Under the pieces are notes generated by a model, which saw only the letters and a program-made list of their open reading frames with translations, was not told where the DNA came from and made no database searches. This document shows positions 1 through 10,509 of a stretch of DNA of 64,000 nt, piece by piece. A program made the position numbers and the translations under genes. Source of the DNA: Bdellovibrionales bacterium (GTDB lineage Bacteria > Bdellovibrionota > Bdellovibrionia > Bdellovibrionales > DASUEL01); assembly GCA_050250255.1 (NCBI GenBank), contig JBFWOZ010000003.1:32001-96000 (forward strand), read 5' to 3'. Every line of letters begins with the position of its first letter. Position 1 is the first letter of the stretch.

Positions 1-1
1 T

Positions 2-70
2 GCGGTTGAAACTGCGGTTAATGATCAATTGCGCCGAGCGGGTTTGAAGATTTCAGTTAAGGCATCCTAA
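2..70 (+). CDS. Possible C-terminal end of a CDS entering the window (AVETAVNDQLRRAGLKISVKAS*)
   Basis: Open frame from the window edge to TAA at 68-70; too short to identify. Confidence 0.3.
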   Translation, partial: AVETAVNDQLRRAGLKISVKAS

Positions 71-107
71 TTCAAGATGGATTTTATAATTCGACCAGCG
101 TAGGAAT

Positions 108-184
108 TGGTGACCACGGCAAGAATTGAACTTGCGACCCACAGTTTAGGAAACTGTTGCTCTATCCAACTGAGCTACGTGGTC
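108..184 (-). tRNA. tRNA-Arg(CCT)
   Basis: Reverse complement GACCACGTAGCTCAGTTGGATAGAGC-AACAGT-TTCCTAA-ACTGT-GGGTCGCAAGTTCAATTCTTGCCGTGGTCACCA; cloverleaf, encoded CCA. Confidence 0.95.
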
Positions 185-192
185 ATTGAAAA

Positions 193-621
193 CTAAACGT
201 TTGCGCTTACGCGACCCATTCGACTGTGATCCAGTTGACCCTCATAAAGCTTATGAAGTTCGTACTGTTGAATGGCATCCGCAATAATTGGAAGAGCCAT
301 GACAGCTAATCCAACGCTTAAGACCGGAAGAAGATTGTTGGGTTCATGCCCAAACTTTTTTTGGATTTTTACCATGTCATCACCCATAATGTATTCGTGA
401 TAGATGTGGTATAGCCCAAACGTGAACAGTGAGAGGAAAAACCACTTCCAAAATCCATACTTTGGGTAGCCGAGTAACTGGTTCCAAACGCGAATTTGGT
501 GGGCTTGCCAGAACAAGTTGTAAATGCCGAAAGTGATGAAACTTAGGAAAACACAGAGAACAATGTTTTTTTCAACCTCTTCAAAGCGCGGCAAATTCGT
601 ATTTTTATCCATATGCAGCAA
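193..621 (-). CDS. DUF4234-like membrane protein
   Basis: Two LSxxTFGxY membrane repeats (LSFITFGIY, LSLFTFGLY). Confidence 0.7.
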   Translation of the reverse strand: MLHMDKNTNLPRFEEVEKNIVLCVFLSFITFGIYNLFWQAHQIRVWNQLLGYPKYGFWKWFFLSLFTFGLYHIYHEYIMGDDMVKIQKKFGHEPNNLLPVLSVGLAVMALPIIADAIQQYELHKLYEGQLDHSRMGRVSANV

Positions 622-735
622 ATCTAATATACTTCACAAATGAACTCAATCAATATCGTGAGTCCGCCTCTTGACTCTTCTGCCACATGATTCATATTTG
701 GAATCTGTTATAGCGACTTAAACTCAGAGGAGAGT

Positions 736-1317
736 ATGAAAACTTACGTTTTACTTTTAGGTGTATCCATGTTGTTTCTTTCGGGTTGCGGAATTCAATC
801 CATCCCTCAAGCCAAAAACCAAGTCGAAGCTTCAGTGGCCGAAGTCACGAATCAATATAAGCGTCGCGCAGATTTAATCCCCAATTTAGTGACTGTTGTA
901 AAGGGCTACGCCAAGCACGAACAAGAAACTCTTGAAGGTGTTGTCGAAGCGCGCGCTAAAGCGACTAGCATCAATTTAGATCCAACAAAACTCGATGCAC
1001 AAACTCTTGAGAAATACCAACAGTCGCAAGGACAACTTACGCAAGCTCTCGGCAAACTGATGGTGATCAGCGAGAACTATCCCAATTTAAAAGCAGATGC
1101 GAACTTTCGTGATCTTCAAGCCCAGCTTGAGGGAACTGAAAATCGTATTACGATTGCTCGACAAAGAAACATCGAAGCGATCAAAGCTTTTAACGACTTA
1201 ATCACTGTGCCTCCAACAAGTTGGACAAATAGCCTTTTCTATAAAAACGATAAGCTTCCACAGTGGACTGTTGTTGGAGCTGAAACTCTTCAAGAAGCTC
1301 CGAAAGTAGAAATGTAA
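736..1317 (+). CDS. lemA: LemA family lipoprotein
   Basis: LSGC lipobox; YKRRADLIPNLV, VKGYAKHE, ENYPNLKA, LEGTENRI motifs; RBS GAGGAG. Confidence 0.95.
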   Translation: MKTYVLLLGVSMLFLSGCGIQSIPQAKNQVEASVAEVTNQYKRRADLIPNLVTVVKGYAKHEQETLEGVVEARAKATSINLDPTKLDAQTLEKYQQSQGQLTQALGKLMVISENYPNLKADANFRDLQAQLEGTENRITIARQRNIEAIKAFNDLITVPPTSWTNSLFYKNDKLPQWTVVGAETLQEAPKVEM

Positions 1318-1320
1318 TTT

Positions 1321-2049
1321 GTGACAAGGTCGTTATTTGCCTCCTTATTGACGGCGCTTCTTTATGAAAATGCTTTGGCGTTTGAGGTGCCAGCTTTTAC
1401 TGCGCCCGTTGTAGATCAGGCGCAAGTCATGAGCGCTGAGACGGAATCCAAACTTTCTCAAGCACTAGAGAGCGTCCGCAAAAAAGGTGGGAGCCAAATT
1501 GCTGTCCTTACAGTCGCGAGTCTTGGTGGCGAAGCCATTGAACAGGTTTCCATACAAGTCGTGGATCGATGGAAGTTAGGCACCGCCACGAAAGATAATG
1601 GAGTTCTACTTTTAGTAGCGACTCAGGACCGTCAGGTAAGAATTGAAGTAGGCCAAGGCCTCGAAGGTGATCTTCCTGATGCTTACGCAAAACGTATTGT
1701 GGAAGATACGATTGTTCCTTATTTTAAAGCTGGTGATGTGGAAAGCGGAATCGTCGCAGGAGTTCAGGCGATTCTATCACGTACGGATCCTGGGCTTGAG
1801 CTCGGTTCCGCTCCTGCGCAGAGAAGTTCACCAGCGCGTTTACATGTACCAGGCGGACATATTCTTCAGCTCGTTTTCTTTTTAATCTTTTTTGTTGTGT
1901 CGTCGATATTCCGTGGCTTTTCTGGCCGACGTCGTTCTCCATGGGGGCTTTCACCTTCAGGCCATTGGGGTGGTGGAGGTTTTCGAGGAGGATTTGGCGG
2001 CGGTGGTGGCGGCGGTTTCAGCGGAGGAGGGGCATCTGGACGGTGGTAA
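1321..2049 (+). CDS. TPM domain (YgcG-like) protein with Gly-rich tail
   Basis: VVDQA, DNGVLLLVA, RIEVGQGLEG, C-terminal GGGGFSGGGASGRW. Confidence 0.9.
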   Translation: MTRSLFASLLTALLYENALAFEVPAFTAPVVDQAQVMSAETESKLSQALESVRKKGGSQIAVLTVASLGGEAIEQVSIQVVDRWKLGTATKDNGVLLLVATQDRQVRIEVGQGLEGDLPDAYAKRIVEDTIVPYFKAGDVESGIVAGVQAILSRTDPGLELGSAPAQRSSPARLHVPGGHILQLVFFLIFFVVSSIFRGFSGRRRSPWGLSPSGHWGGGGFRGGFGGGGGGGFSGGGASGRW

Positions 2050-2086
2050 AAAATCTCTTATTCAATGCTCTTGGCTACACTCTTTC

Positions 2087-2710
2087 ATGAACGAACAGGA
2101 TGTGGAGCGCATTTCAGAAGCCGTGAGACAGGCTGAAAAAACCACCTCCGGCGAAATCGTACCGATGGTTGTGCGCCGTTCGAGTTCTGTTGGACATGTC
2201 CCTCTCATATTAGGGCTGCTACTTTTAATGGGAGCTCTCTTTTTAGATTTTAATTGGCTCGCTCAGGAGAGCACATTTCTGCGAAGCTTAAGTTGGCTGC
2301 TTGAGCTTCTCATCATTTTTCTTCTTATCCGTTTTCTTGCTCCACTACATTTTATTCAAAGATGGCTGAGCGATCGTGACGATTTGGCTCGCCAAGTGGA
2401 AATGCGAGCGGAATTAGAATTTTACGAACATGGTTTGCAGAAAACAACAGGGGCCACCGGAATTCTCATTTTTGTTTCTTTAATGGAGAGAAGAGCCGTA
2501 ATTCTTGCAGATTCCTCTATCTCTAGCAAATTGCCTCCTGATATTTGGGATAAATTTTTACACGAATTAACAGAATCTATTCATCAAAAACAATTTGCTC
2601 AAGGAATGTTAAATATCATTGGGAAAATGGGAGAGCTTATTACGGCTCAGTTCCCTCGCTCTGAGCATGATCATGACGAACTTCCCAACGAACTCATCGT
2701 GAAGGACTAG
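2087..2710 (+). CDS. Second TPM-domain membrane protein of the lemA cluster (start uncertain)
   Basis: AEKTTSGEIV, TGILIFVSLMERR, DELPN motifs; follows lemA-TPM. Confidence 0.85.
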   Translation: MNEQDVERISEAVRQAEKTTSGEIVPMVVRRSSSVGHVPLILGLLLLMGALFLDFNWLAQESTFLRSLSWLLELLIIFLLIRFLAPLHFIQRWLSDRDDLARQVEMRAELEFYEHGLQKTTGATGILIFVSLMERRAVILADSSISSKLPPDIWDKFLHELTESIHQKQFAQGMLNIIGKMGELITAQFPRSEHDHDELPNELIVKD

Positions 2711-2711
2711 T

Positions 2712-3641
2712 ATGAACCCCTTAGAGCTCGAAAACTTGAAAAAGAACTATGGAAGTCTTCAAGCTTTAAAAGGTGTCAACCTGAGTATGAAAACGGGCGA
2801 AGTTCTTGGGCTTTTAGGTCCAAACGGCGCTGGTAAGACAACTATTATTTCCATTCTGACAACTCTCGAGAACCCCTTATCGGGGACAGCTAAAGTTTTT
2901 GGAGTGGATGTCGCGAAAAGTCTTCGCGACGCGAAGCTGCTTTTAGGATACGTTCCCCAGGAAATCGTAAGCCACGGTTTTTTTACGGTCGAAGAAATTT
3001 TGGAATTCCACTCTGGCTATTACGGAATTCAAAATAATAAAGAACAAATCAATTATCTGTTGGATCGTCTCAGTCTTAGTGAGCATCGACATAAAAGTGT
3101 CAGACAATTAAGCGGAGGGATGAAGCGTCGTCTGCTGATCGCCAAAGCTCTCGTTCATAAACCTAAACTTTTGCTTCTCGACGAACCAACAGCGGGAGTT
3201 GATGTCGAGCTCAGAACTTCTCTTTGGAAATTCGTACGCGAATTAAATCAACAGGGAATGAGTGTTCTTTTAACCACCCACTACTTAGAAGAAGCCGAAG
3301 AGCTATGTGATCGCGTGGCCATTATTCATAAAGGTGAAATCCTTCAGGTGGGTGAAACGAAAGGTCTCGTGCGACAGCTCACACAAAGACAGGTGGATAT
3401 CACGTTGAATCACGCACCTGTAAATTTAAAAAATGTCTATTTAACAAAGCAAGTACAGAACGAATTAGAATTTCGTCTTCCTTATCAGGTGACTCTCGGG
3501 GAGCTCCTCGCGCAACTCAATCTTCCGATGGAATCGATTAAGGACCTGCGAATTCGTGAGGGGAATTTAGAAGAGGCCTTTATTCATATTTTACAAAGAG
3601 GTCATCTGTCGCCCAAAGAATCATCGGTAGGTGTCCAGTGA
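2712..3641 (+). CDS. ABC-2 exporter ATP-binding protein (YadG-like)
   Basis: GPNGAGKT, LSGGMKRR, LLLDEPT, TTHY. Confidence 0.9.
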   Translation: MNPLELENLKKNYGSLQALKGVNLSMKTGEVLGLLGPNGAGKTTIISILTTLENPLSGTAKVFGVDVAKSLRDAKLLLGYVPQEIVSHGFFTVEEILEFHSGYYGIQNNKEQINYLLDRLSLSEHRHKSVRQLSGGMKRRLLIAKALVHKPKLLLLDEPTAGVDVELRTSLWKFVRELNQQGMSVLLTTHYLEEAEELCDRVAIIHKGEILQVGETKGLVRQLTQRQVDITLNHAPVNLKNVYLTKQVQNELEFRLPYQVTLGELLAQLNLPMESIKDLRIREGNLEEAFIHILQRGHLSPKESSVGVQ

Positions 3642-4447
3642 AAACTTCCACAGTAGATATGTCTCGTATGAAATGGGTGCCCTTTCTCTCTCTCTTGAAA
3701 AAGGAAATCAAACGTTTCCTTCGAGTTGCGAGACAGACGCTGCTGATTCCGCTTGTAAACTCGGGCCTTTATCTTTTCATTTTTGGCGTGAGTCTTGGAG
3801 ATAAAATAGCGATGGAGGGAGTGCCTCACTATCTCGCATTTCTCATTCCAGGAATTTTGATGATGGGTTGTATGAACAATGCGTTTCAAAATTCTTCAAG
3901 CTCCATTGGTTCTTCAAAGTTTCATGGAGATTTAGAAGATCTTCGCGTTGTTCCTCTCTCAGCCAGCCAAATTGCCTTAGCGATGAGTTTGGGCGGACTC
4001 GTGCGTGGAGTGGCGGTCGCTATTTTGATTTTTTTAATGGGCGACGTATTCTATTGGTTTTCTGTTGGTGAATTTTTAACGATTCAGCATCCGTTTCTTT
4101 TGACTTACTTTCTCGTGACTGGTGGCCTTGTTTTTTCGTGTCTTGGAATCGCTATTGGTTTTTGGGCAAAGAATTTTGACCAGATGACAGCGGTGGGTGG
4201 ATTCATCCTTCTCCCGCTTTTATATTTAGGTGGGGTCTTTTTCTCTATCGACCAACTCCATCCGATTTGGCAGTGGATTTCTCAATTAAACCCCATGCTC
4301 TATTTTATTAACGGGGTGAGGTATGGCATCGTTGGCCACACAGACGTGGAAATGGAAATTGCCGGGCTATTTACTTTTATCACCACGATTTTGCTTTACT
4401 GGCTTGCCGTGAGAAGTATACGTAACGGCATGTACGGTCGTTGGTAA
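3638..4447 (+). CDS. ABC-2 exporter permease (YadH-like)
   Basis: KEIKRFLR, FLIPGILMM, YLGGVFFS, LNPMLY; overlaps the ATPase stop. Confidence 0.9.
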   Translation: MKTSTVDMSRMKWVPFLSLLKKEIKRFLRVARQTLLIPLVNSGLYLFIFGVSLGDKIAMEGVPHYLAFLIPGILMMGCMNNAFQNSSSSIGSSKFHGDLEDLRVVPLSASQIALAMSLGGLVRGVAVAILIFLMGDVFYWFSVGEFLTIQHPFLLTYFLVTGGLVFSCLGIAIGFWAKNFDQMTAVGGFILLPLLYLGGVFFSIDQLHPIWQWISQLNPMLYFINGVRYGIVGHTDVEMEIAGLFTFITTILLYWLAVRSIRNGMYGRW

Positions 4448-4457
4448 GGACGGATTT

Positions 4458-5792
4458 ATGTTTGACTCACTCTCAGAAAAATTACTCTCGAGCATCAAGC
4501 GCCTTAAGGGCCAAGCTAAAATTTCAGAAAGTAATATTGAAGAAACTCTTCGGGAAATTCGTTTAAGTCTTCTAGAGGCCGATGTTCATTTCAAAGTCGT
4601 AAAAACTTTCATTGATCGCATCAAACTCAAAGCTTTAGGCCAAGACGTAAAAGATCAGATCACAGCAGGTCAGCAATTTGTTAAAATTGTTCATGACGAA
4701 CTGGTGACGATTCTGGGTGGCGGTGCCGCGCGACTCGAACTTAAAGACAAACCTTCCATTGTCTTCCTTGTCGGTTTGCAAGGAGCAGGGAAGACTACGA
4801 CGGCGGCAAAGCTCGCTCTCCATTTACAAAAAAATCTTGGTAAGAGACCCGGCCTCGTTTCTGTAGACGTTTATCGTCCGTCAGCGATTGAACAGCTCAA
4901 GGTCTTGGCGGAAAAAAATCAAATTTTATTTTTTCCTTCACAGAGTGCGGATAAGCCAGAAGACATTGTGCAAAAAGCAAAAAAATGGGCAGAAGATCAA
5001 CTCATCGATGTTATCATTGTCGATACCGCCGGTCGCTTGCAAATCGACGAAACTCTCATGAGCGAGTTAAAGCGACTGAAAGAAATTGTACCTCCTCAAG
5101 AAGTGCTTCTTGTTGCCGATGCCATGCTTGGCCAGCAGTCTGTGAACGTTGCTGAAGGCTTTCATCAACAGGTCGGTCTCACGGGCTTAGTCCTCACCAA
5201 AATGGACGGGGATGCACGTGGCGGAGCGGCTCTCAGCATTCGCGAGGCCACAGGAGTTCCCATTAAGTTGATGGGCATTGGCGAAAAAGTGGATGCGCTC
5301 GAGGTATTTCACCCGGATCGGTTGGCGTCTCGAATTCTCGATATGGGAGATGTTCTTACGCTTGTGGAGAAGGCCCAAACGGTGATGGACGAGAAGTCCG
5401 CTAAAGATGCCGTTAAAAAAATGGCCAAAAACGAGTTCACCGTGGAAGATTTTCTCGCTCAGCTTCAGCAAATTAAGAAAATGGGAAGTATGGAGAGTAT
5501 TCTTAAAATGCTTCCCGGTATGGGGCAGGTCATGAAACAGGTAAAAAATATGGCCCCCCCCGATAAGGAGCTTAAAAAAATTGAAGCGATTATCTACTCC
5601 ATGACTATGGAGGAGCGTAGGGACCACAATATACTGAATGGTTCCCGCCGCTTAAGAATTGCCAAGGGAAGCGGTACACAGGTCAGCGATGTAAATAAAT
5701 TTGTTAAACAGTTCGTAGACGCTAAGAAAATGATGTCCCAAATGATGAAAATGGGTCTTGGACGTGGTGGCAGAATGGGTTTTCCTTTCTAA
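4458..5792 (+). CDS. ffh: Signal recognition particle protein Ffh
   Basis: GLQGAGKTT, DTAGR, TKMDGDARGGAALS, Met-rich M domain, SRRLRIAKGSG. Confidence 0.98.
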   Translation: MFDSLSEKLLSSIKRLKGQAKISESNIEETLREIRLSLLEADVHFKVVKTFIDRIKLKALGQDVKDQITAGQQFVKIVHDELVTILGGGAARLELKDKPSIVFLVGLQGAGKTTTAAKLALHLQKNLGKRPGLVSVDVYRPSAIEQLKVLAEKNQILFFPSQSADKPEDIVQKAKKWAEDQLIDVIIVDTAGRLQIDETLMSELKRLKEIVPPQEVLLVADAMLGQQSVNVAEGFHQQVGLTGLVLTKMDGDARGGAALSIREATGVPIKLMGIGEKVDALEVFHPDRLASRILDMGDVLTLVEKAQTVMDEKSAKDAVKKMAKNEFTVEDFLAQLQQIKKMGSMESILKMLPGMGQVMKQVKNMAPPDKELKKIEAIIYSMTMEERRDHNILNGSRRLRIAKGSGTQVSDVNKFVKQFVDAKKMMSQMMKMGLGRGGRMGFPF

Positions 5793-5890
5793 ATTGACCC
5801 CATTGCCCCTTAAATTGTATTTTAGGCTTGCAGAGTTAGTTTTTTTTGATAAAAGTTTCGTCTTGTCCGTCATGTGAAGGAGAACTTGTA

Positions 5891-6142
5891 ATGGCAGTAG
5901 TAATTAGATTGGCTCGCTTTGGTGCTGTACACGAACCGAAATACCGTGTGACTGTAGCTGATCAAAGATTTTGTAAAGAAGGACGCTTTATCGAGGTTGT
6001 AGGACAATACAACCCAAATCCCCGTGGTAAAGAACAAGGTTTGAAATTAGATATGGAAAAAATCGGCGACTGGATGAAAAAAGGTGCCCAACCAACGGAT
6101 CGCGTACGAAAGCTTATTGCAAACGCAACAGTTAAGGCATAA
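5891..6142 (+). CDS. rpsP: 30S ribosomal protein S16
   Basis: MAVVIRLARFG, GRFIEVVGQYNP, GAQPTDRV; RBS AAGGAG before ATG 5891. Confidence 0.97.
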   Translation: MAVVIRLARFGAVHEPKYRVTVADQRFCKEGRFIEVVGQYNPNPRGKEQGLKLDMEKIGDWMKKGAQPTDRVRKLIANATVKA

Positions 6143-6227
6143 TCATTTAGTGACTGAATCAAATAAAATCAATTTAGCTTGGAGAACAAAAACGGTCTTC
6201 AAGTAGGATTGGCTAACTAGGGGATAG

Positions 6228-6476
6228 GTGATGGACCACACAAGCTTGAAAGAACTCGTAGAGTTCATGGCCAAGGCTCTCGTTGATGAGCCTGATCAGG
6301 TCGAGGTCAATGAAGTCATTGGTGAACAAACGACTGTCGTTGAACTCAAAGTTGCAAAAGAGGATTTAGGTAAGGTCATCGGTAAGCAGGGAAGAACTGC
6401 TCGCTCCATGCGCACTATCCTTAATGCTGCTAGCACAAAGTTGAACAAACGTAGTGTTCTAGAAATCGTTGAATAA
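6228..6476 (+). CDS. khpA: KH-domain RNA-binding protein KhpA
   Basis: [18 protein letters not shown]; canonical position after rpsP. Confidence 0.95.
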   Translation: MMDHTSLKELVEFMAKALVDEPDQVEVNEVIGEQTTVVELKVAKEDLGKVIGKQGRTARSMRTILNAASTKLNKRSVLEIVE

Positions 6477-6508
6477 AAGCTGAAATTGACTGTTCAAAAC
6501 TTTAAATC

Positions 6509-6539
6509 CCCAGAGCCTTAACAACTCTGGGTTTTTTTT
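6509..6539 (+). terminator. Rho-independent terminator after khpA
   Basis: CCCAGAG-N9-CTCTGGG followed by T8. Confidence 0.8.
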
Positions 6540-6608
6540 GCCTTTTTCACCCCTTTTCTTGACGCGATGCAGGCTCATGAGGTAGACGATCTCTTCAATG
6601 CCTAAGGA

Positions 6609-7247
6609 GTGTCCGTGAGCCAAACTGAAAATGCCTCCACTGAATCAAAAACCGCTGCTGAAAGAATCAAAGTGGATCAAGAAAAAATCCATTACGAAAA
6701 CATTCCTGGCTACACCACGGTCGGAAAAGTTCGCGACGCCCATGGGTTAAAAGGCGAATTATTTATTATCGTTTTCGCAAAAAAAGCAGATTGGGCGGAG
6801 AAGCTCAGTCGTTTTGTACTTGTTTGGCGAGAGCAAGTCGAAGGCCAATGGGTTCCCGTATGGCGCTCGTTTAATGTAGACCGATTAAAACCTCACAAGG
6901 TTGGCCTTATTCTACGAACTAAAGAATTAGAAAACCGAACCGACGCTGAGTTTTTTGCAGGAGCCGCATTCCAAATTCCTAGCGACTGTTTGGTTTCTCA
7001 ACCCGGTGAACGTATTTACCTTAAAGAAATTGAAGGTTTCACAGTTACGACTGCCGAAGGCGAAGTAGGACCTGTTCGTTCTTTTTCCTCTAACGGAGCT
7101 CAGGATTTGTTAGTTGTAGAGAGATCCTCTGATCAATTTGTTGAAATTCCGTTTGTGAAAGATTTTATTAAGTCCATCGATTACAAAGCGCGAGTGATCA
7201 ATATGGATCTTCCCTCGGGACTGATTGATTCTGAAAAAGTTCAGTGA
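6609..7247 (+). CDS. rimM: Ribosome maturation factor RimM
   Basis: VGKVRDAHGLKGE, GAQDLLVV, IPFV. Confidence 0.95.
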   Translation: MSVSQTENASTESKTAAERIKVDQEKIHYENIPGYTTVGKVRDAHGLKGELFIIVFAKKADWAEKLSRFVLVWREQVEGQWVPVWRSFNVDRLKPHKVGLILRTKELENRTDAEFFAGAAFQIPSDCLVSQPGERIYLKEIEGFTVTTAEGEVGPVRSFSSNGAQDLLVVERSSDQFVEIPFVKDFIKSIDYKARVINMDLPSGLIDSEKVQ

Positions 7248-8044
7248 TCACGTTCTCTGTACTTACACTTTTCCCAGACATGATTGAAGCCACTCTGAAA
7301 GAGGGTGTCGTCGGTCGTGCTTTTGCAAAAGGTCTTTTGAAACTTCAAACCATTCAGCTTCGTGACTACGCGAAACAAGATGTGCATAAGTCTGTAGATG
7401 ATCGTCCTTACGGCGGTGGCGACGGTATGGTAATGATGCCTGAGCCCTTAACAAAAGCTCTTCTCCATGCCCGATCACAAAATTCTCTCATCAAAGTGAT
7501 TTATCTTTCCCCTCAAGGGCGTCTGCTCACACAAAAAGTGGCAGAGGAATTAGCGCAATACGAACATTTAGTTATTTTAAGTGGGCGTTACGGTGGTGTT
7601 GATCAGCGTGTGCTTGCTGAATACATCGACGAAGAAATCTCGATTGGTGATTACGTGCTTTCTGGCGGCGAGCTTGCGGCGAGTGTCGTGATTGATGTGG
7701 TCGCTCGTTTAAAGCCAGGGGTCTTAGGTCATGGAGACTCCGCGGAGCAAGATAGTTTTAGTGGTGATGGGCTTTTAGAAGCTCCGCTTTTTACTCGGCC
7801 TCGACAGTTTGAAGGTTTAGATGTGCCAGAAATTTTACTTTCAGGAGACCATCAAAAAATTCAGCGATGGCGATATCTCATGAGTGTCTATAACACTTCG
7901 ACGAAGCGTCCTGATCTTTGGGTTCAACTATGTGAAAAAAATCCGCAGCTGAATGTAGAGCTTCAAGACGCAAAAGATTTAGTAAAAGAATTGAGCGAAT
8001 CTCAAAAAAGAGCCTGCGGAATTCTCTCGGGAACTTCGGTATGA
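7244..8044 (+). CDS. trmD: tRNA (guanine37-N1)-methyltransferase
   Basis: VDDRPYGGGDGMV, YLSPQG, SIGDYVLSGGE, LLSGDH. Confidence 0.97.
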   Translation: MITFSVLTLFPDMIEATLKEGVVGRAFAKGLLKLQTIQLRDYAKQDVHKSVDDRPYGGGDGMVMMPEPLTKALLHARSQNSLIKVIYLSPQGRLLTQKVAEELAQYEHLVILSGRYGGVDQRVLAEYIDEEISIGDYVLSGGELAASVVIDVVARLKPGVLGHGDSAEQDSFSGDGLLEAPLFTRPRQFEGLDVPEILLSGDHQKIQRWRYLMSVYNTSTKRPDLWVQLCEKNPQLNVELQDAKDLVKELSESQKRACGILSGTSV

Positions 8045-8610
8045 ACACTCCCCCACGAGTCGCGGTAGGACTTGTCCACTGGCCTGTTTATGACAAAGCA
8101 AAGAGCGTAGTTTGTACCAACGTTACAAATTTTGATGTTCATGATATAGCTCGTGCGAGTCGTACCTACGGGGTTGAAAAATACTACGTGATTAATCCCA
8201 TGAAAGAGCAGCTCGCGTTTGTGAGTCGCATGCTAGATTTCTGGAGAGTCGGCTATGGGTCTAGCTACAACCATATGCGTCACACGGCCCTCACGATGGT
8301 GGACGTAGCTCATTCCTTACCCGAAGCCCTACAGGCTTGGGATCCGAACACTAAAATCATTACAACATCTGCTAAAGCTCAGCCTGGCATTGAGTCGATC
8401 GATTTTAAGGCCCTTAGGGAGGAGATGTGGTCATCGGGTGGGGGAAGTTACTTTATTGTCTTTGGAACGGGCTTTGGGCTTGAGGAGAGCGTTTACGAGA
8501 ACACTCGGTTACTCGAACCTATAAAGGGAGCAGTGGGTGGTGGGGAATATCGTCACCTTTCTGTTCGCTCTGCCGTAAGTATCTGTCTTGACCGTCTATT
8601 GGGAGCATGA
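8041..8610 (+). CDS. SPOUT-type SAM-dependent RNA methyltransferase (DUF2168-like), TrmD-associated
   Basis: LVHWPV, TNFDVHDIARASRTYG, FGTGFGL, HLSVRSAVSICLDRL. Confidence 0.9.
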   Translation: MNTPPRVAVGLVHWPVYDKAKSVVCTNVTNFDVHDIARASRTYGVEKYYVINPMKEQLAFVSRMLDFWRVGYGSSYNHMRHTALTMVDVAHSLPEALQAWDPNTKIITTSAKAQPGIESIDFKALREEMWSSGGGSYFIVFGTGFGLEESVYENTRLLEPIKGAVGGGEYRHLSVRSAVSICLDRLLGA

Positions 8611-8644
8611 TAGCTACGAGGATTCAAATTAGCCGGAGAAACCT

Positions 8645-9064
8645 ATGCTCGATTTAATCAGACGTGTAACTTTAGGAAAACAAGCTCACCGTGTTCCAGA
8701 GAACTTTCGCTCCGGCGATACTGTGGAAGTTTATGTAAAAGTAAAAGAGGGTGAGAAAGAACGCGTTCAGATCTTCAAAGGCGTTGTGATCAAGCTTCAA
8801 GGTGCAGGCATCGGCCGTACTTTTACAGTTCGTAAAATTTCTGACGGCGTAGGCGTGGAAAGAACATTTCCATTCTCAAGCCCTGCGGTTGAAAAAGTGG
8901 GAATCGTTTCTCAGGGTATCGTGAGAAGATCAAAACTTTATTACTTACGTGGTCTCGAAGGCAAGAAAGCGCGCGTTCAAGCTGATTGGATGTCGGCCCT
9001 TGCTGGTTCAGAGGGCACTGCTAAAAAAGCTTCAAAAAAAGATGAAGCTACTCCTAAACAATAA
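8645..9064 (+). CDS. rplS: 50S ribosomal protein L19
   Basis: [38 protein letters not shown]. Confidence 0.98.
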   Translation: MLDLIRRVTLGKQAHRVPENFRSGDTVEVYVKVKEGEKERVQIFKGVVIKLQGAGIGRTFTVRKISDGVGVERTFPFSSPAVEKVGIVSQGIVRRSKLYYLRGLEGKKARVQADWMSALAGSEGTAKKASKKDEATPKQ

Positions 9065-9695
9065 AAAATCATTTAAAAAATTAAAGTGGACAGAGTTTCA
9101 TCCGCAACCTGCAATTGGTGTGGATGAAGCGGGGCGCGGTTGTCTTTTTGGTCCTGTTTATGCGGGCGCTGTCATTCTCAAATCCGAGAAGGGTCTTCGT
9201 CGTTTTACAGATTCCAAAATGCTCGCTGAAGAAGAGCGCGAAGAGCTCTACGAGCTGATTATGGAAAACCATCTTTACGGTGTTGGTTCAGCAAGTGTTC
9301 AAGAAATCAATCAACTCAATATTCTTCAGGCCTCTCTCCTTGCGATGAAGCGTGCGGTGCATGCGCTGGGAGTCAAAGTGGGCCATGTATTGATTGATGG
9401 AAATCAAAAAATTCCGAGCTTATGTGATCCGCAGCTCGGTCATGAGTTTCTTCAAACAACGATCATAAAAGGAGACTTGCGAGTGAAGCCGATTGCAGCA
9501 GCATCGATTGTTGCGAAGGTGTCTCGAGATCGACAAGTCCGTCAGTTGGCTCTTCAGTATTCTCAGTATGGTTTAGAGCAGCACAAAGGTTATGCGACCC
9601 AAATTCATCGTGAAGCGATTGTGAAGCATGGACCGACGCCTGAGCATCGCAAGTTTTTTGCCGGTGTGAAGGAATATTGGAGTGAAACTTTTTAA
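9042..9695 (+). CDS. rnhB: Ribonuclease HII (start uncertain; ATG 9042 overlaps the rplS end)
   Basis: [35 protein letters not shown]. Confidence 0.95.
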   Translation: MKLLLNNKKSFKKLKWTEFHPQPAIGVDEAGRGCLFGPVYAGAVILKSEKGLRRFTDSKMLAEEEREELYELIMENHLYGVGSASVQEINQLNILQASLLAMKRAVHALGVKVGHVLIDGNQKIPSLCDPQLGHEFLQTTIIKGDLRVKPIAAASIVAKVSRDRQVRQLALQYSQYGLEQHKGYATQIHREAIVKHGPTPEHRKFFAGVKEYWSETF

Positions 9696-10032
9696 AAAAA
9701 GAAATTACCAAGCACTCGGTGAAGAGCTCGAACAAAAAGTTTTACAGTTTTATTTAAAGCAAGGATTTCAGCTGAAAGCCCAACGCTATAAAAGCCACTT
9801 TGCCGAAATCGATCTCATTTTTATTTCCCCCTCGGACCATCTCATCTTGGTCGAAGTAAAGTCTGCACCACGCCCAGGGTTTGAGGCGTTTCGCGTGTCG
9901 GCTTCGCAGAGAGTGCGACTACGAAGGGCTCATGAACAGTTCGCATGTCATTACACTCATGTGGAGTCGCACCTTGCCGTTGTGAGTCAGGATGGTGTTA
10001 TTGAGGTCCATAAAGATCATCTCATCTTTTAG
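9682..10032 (+). CDS. yraN: YraN/UPF0102 family PD-(D/E)xK nuclease
   Basis: GEELE, EIDLI, VEVK; follows rnhB. Confidence 0.85.
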   Translation: MKLFKKRNYQALGEELEQKVLQFYLKQGFQLKAQRYKSHFAEIDLIFISPSDHLILVEVKSAPRPGFEAFRVSASQRVRLRRAHEQFACHYTHVESHLAVVSQDGVIEVHKDHLIF

Positions 10033-10095
10033 GACGGTCTTGGCGGAATCCAAAGTATTTGACACAGCACCGAATAGTCGAAAAACTTAAAGGAT

Positions 10096-10509
10096 ATGAA
10101 CCGTTTCTCCCAGGCTCCTCGTAAATTTTTAATTGTGGTGTTGAGCCTGTCGCTAAGTTTATCCATTATGTGCCCTCAAGCAGCACAAGCAGAGCCGACC
10201 CGAGAATTATTTATGAGCGCTGCTTATGGGGTTCTTGCAGGAACACTCGTAGGTGCAGCCACTTTGGCTTTTACAGATCGTCCTGGTGATAACTTAAAGA
10301 ATATCGCAAGGGGAGCCTCTTTAGGACTCTACGCAGGGATTTTGTTAGGCCTTTACGTAGTTTACGTTGTGCCTGGTGAAGGTGATGAGGACGGCGAAGA
10401 TTATGCGCCATCAGAAGAATCGAGCATTCGCCCGATTCTCTCGCCCATTGTCAGTGAGACGGGCAACCTTGAAGGGGCCCATCTCTCCGCAAAAGTTTTT
10501 TCTTTTTAA
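10096..10509 (+). CDS. Hypothetical exported/membrane protein with Gly/Ala-rich helices
   Basis: Signal peptide ending AQA; YGVLAGTLVGAATLAF and GASLGLYAGILLG segments. Confidence 0.7.
   Translation: MNRFSQAPRKFLIVVLSLSLSLSIMCPQAAQAEPTRELFMSAAYGVLAGTLVGAATLAFTDRPGDNLKNIARGASLGLYAGILLGLYVVYVVPGEGDEDGEDYAPSEESSIRPILSPIVSETGNLEGAHLSAKVFSF

Noticed and set aside
2..107. Integrase end or island boundary beside the tRNA-Arg 3' end
   Set aside because: Only 22 codons are visible, with no catalytic motif or att repeat in the window
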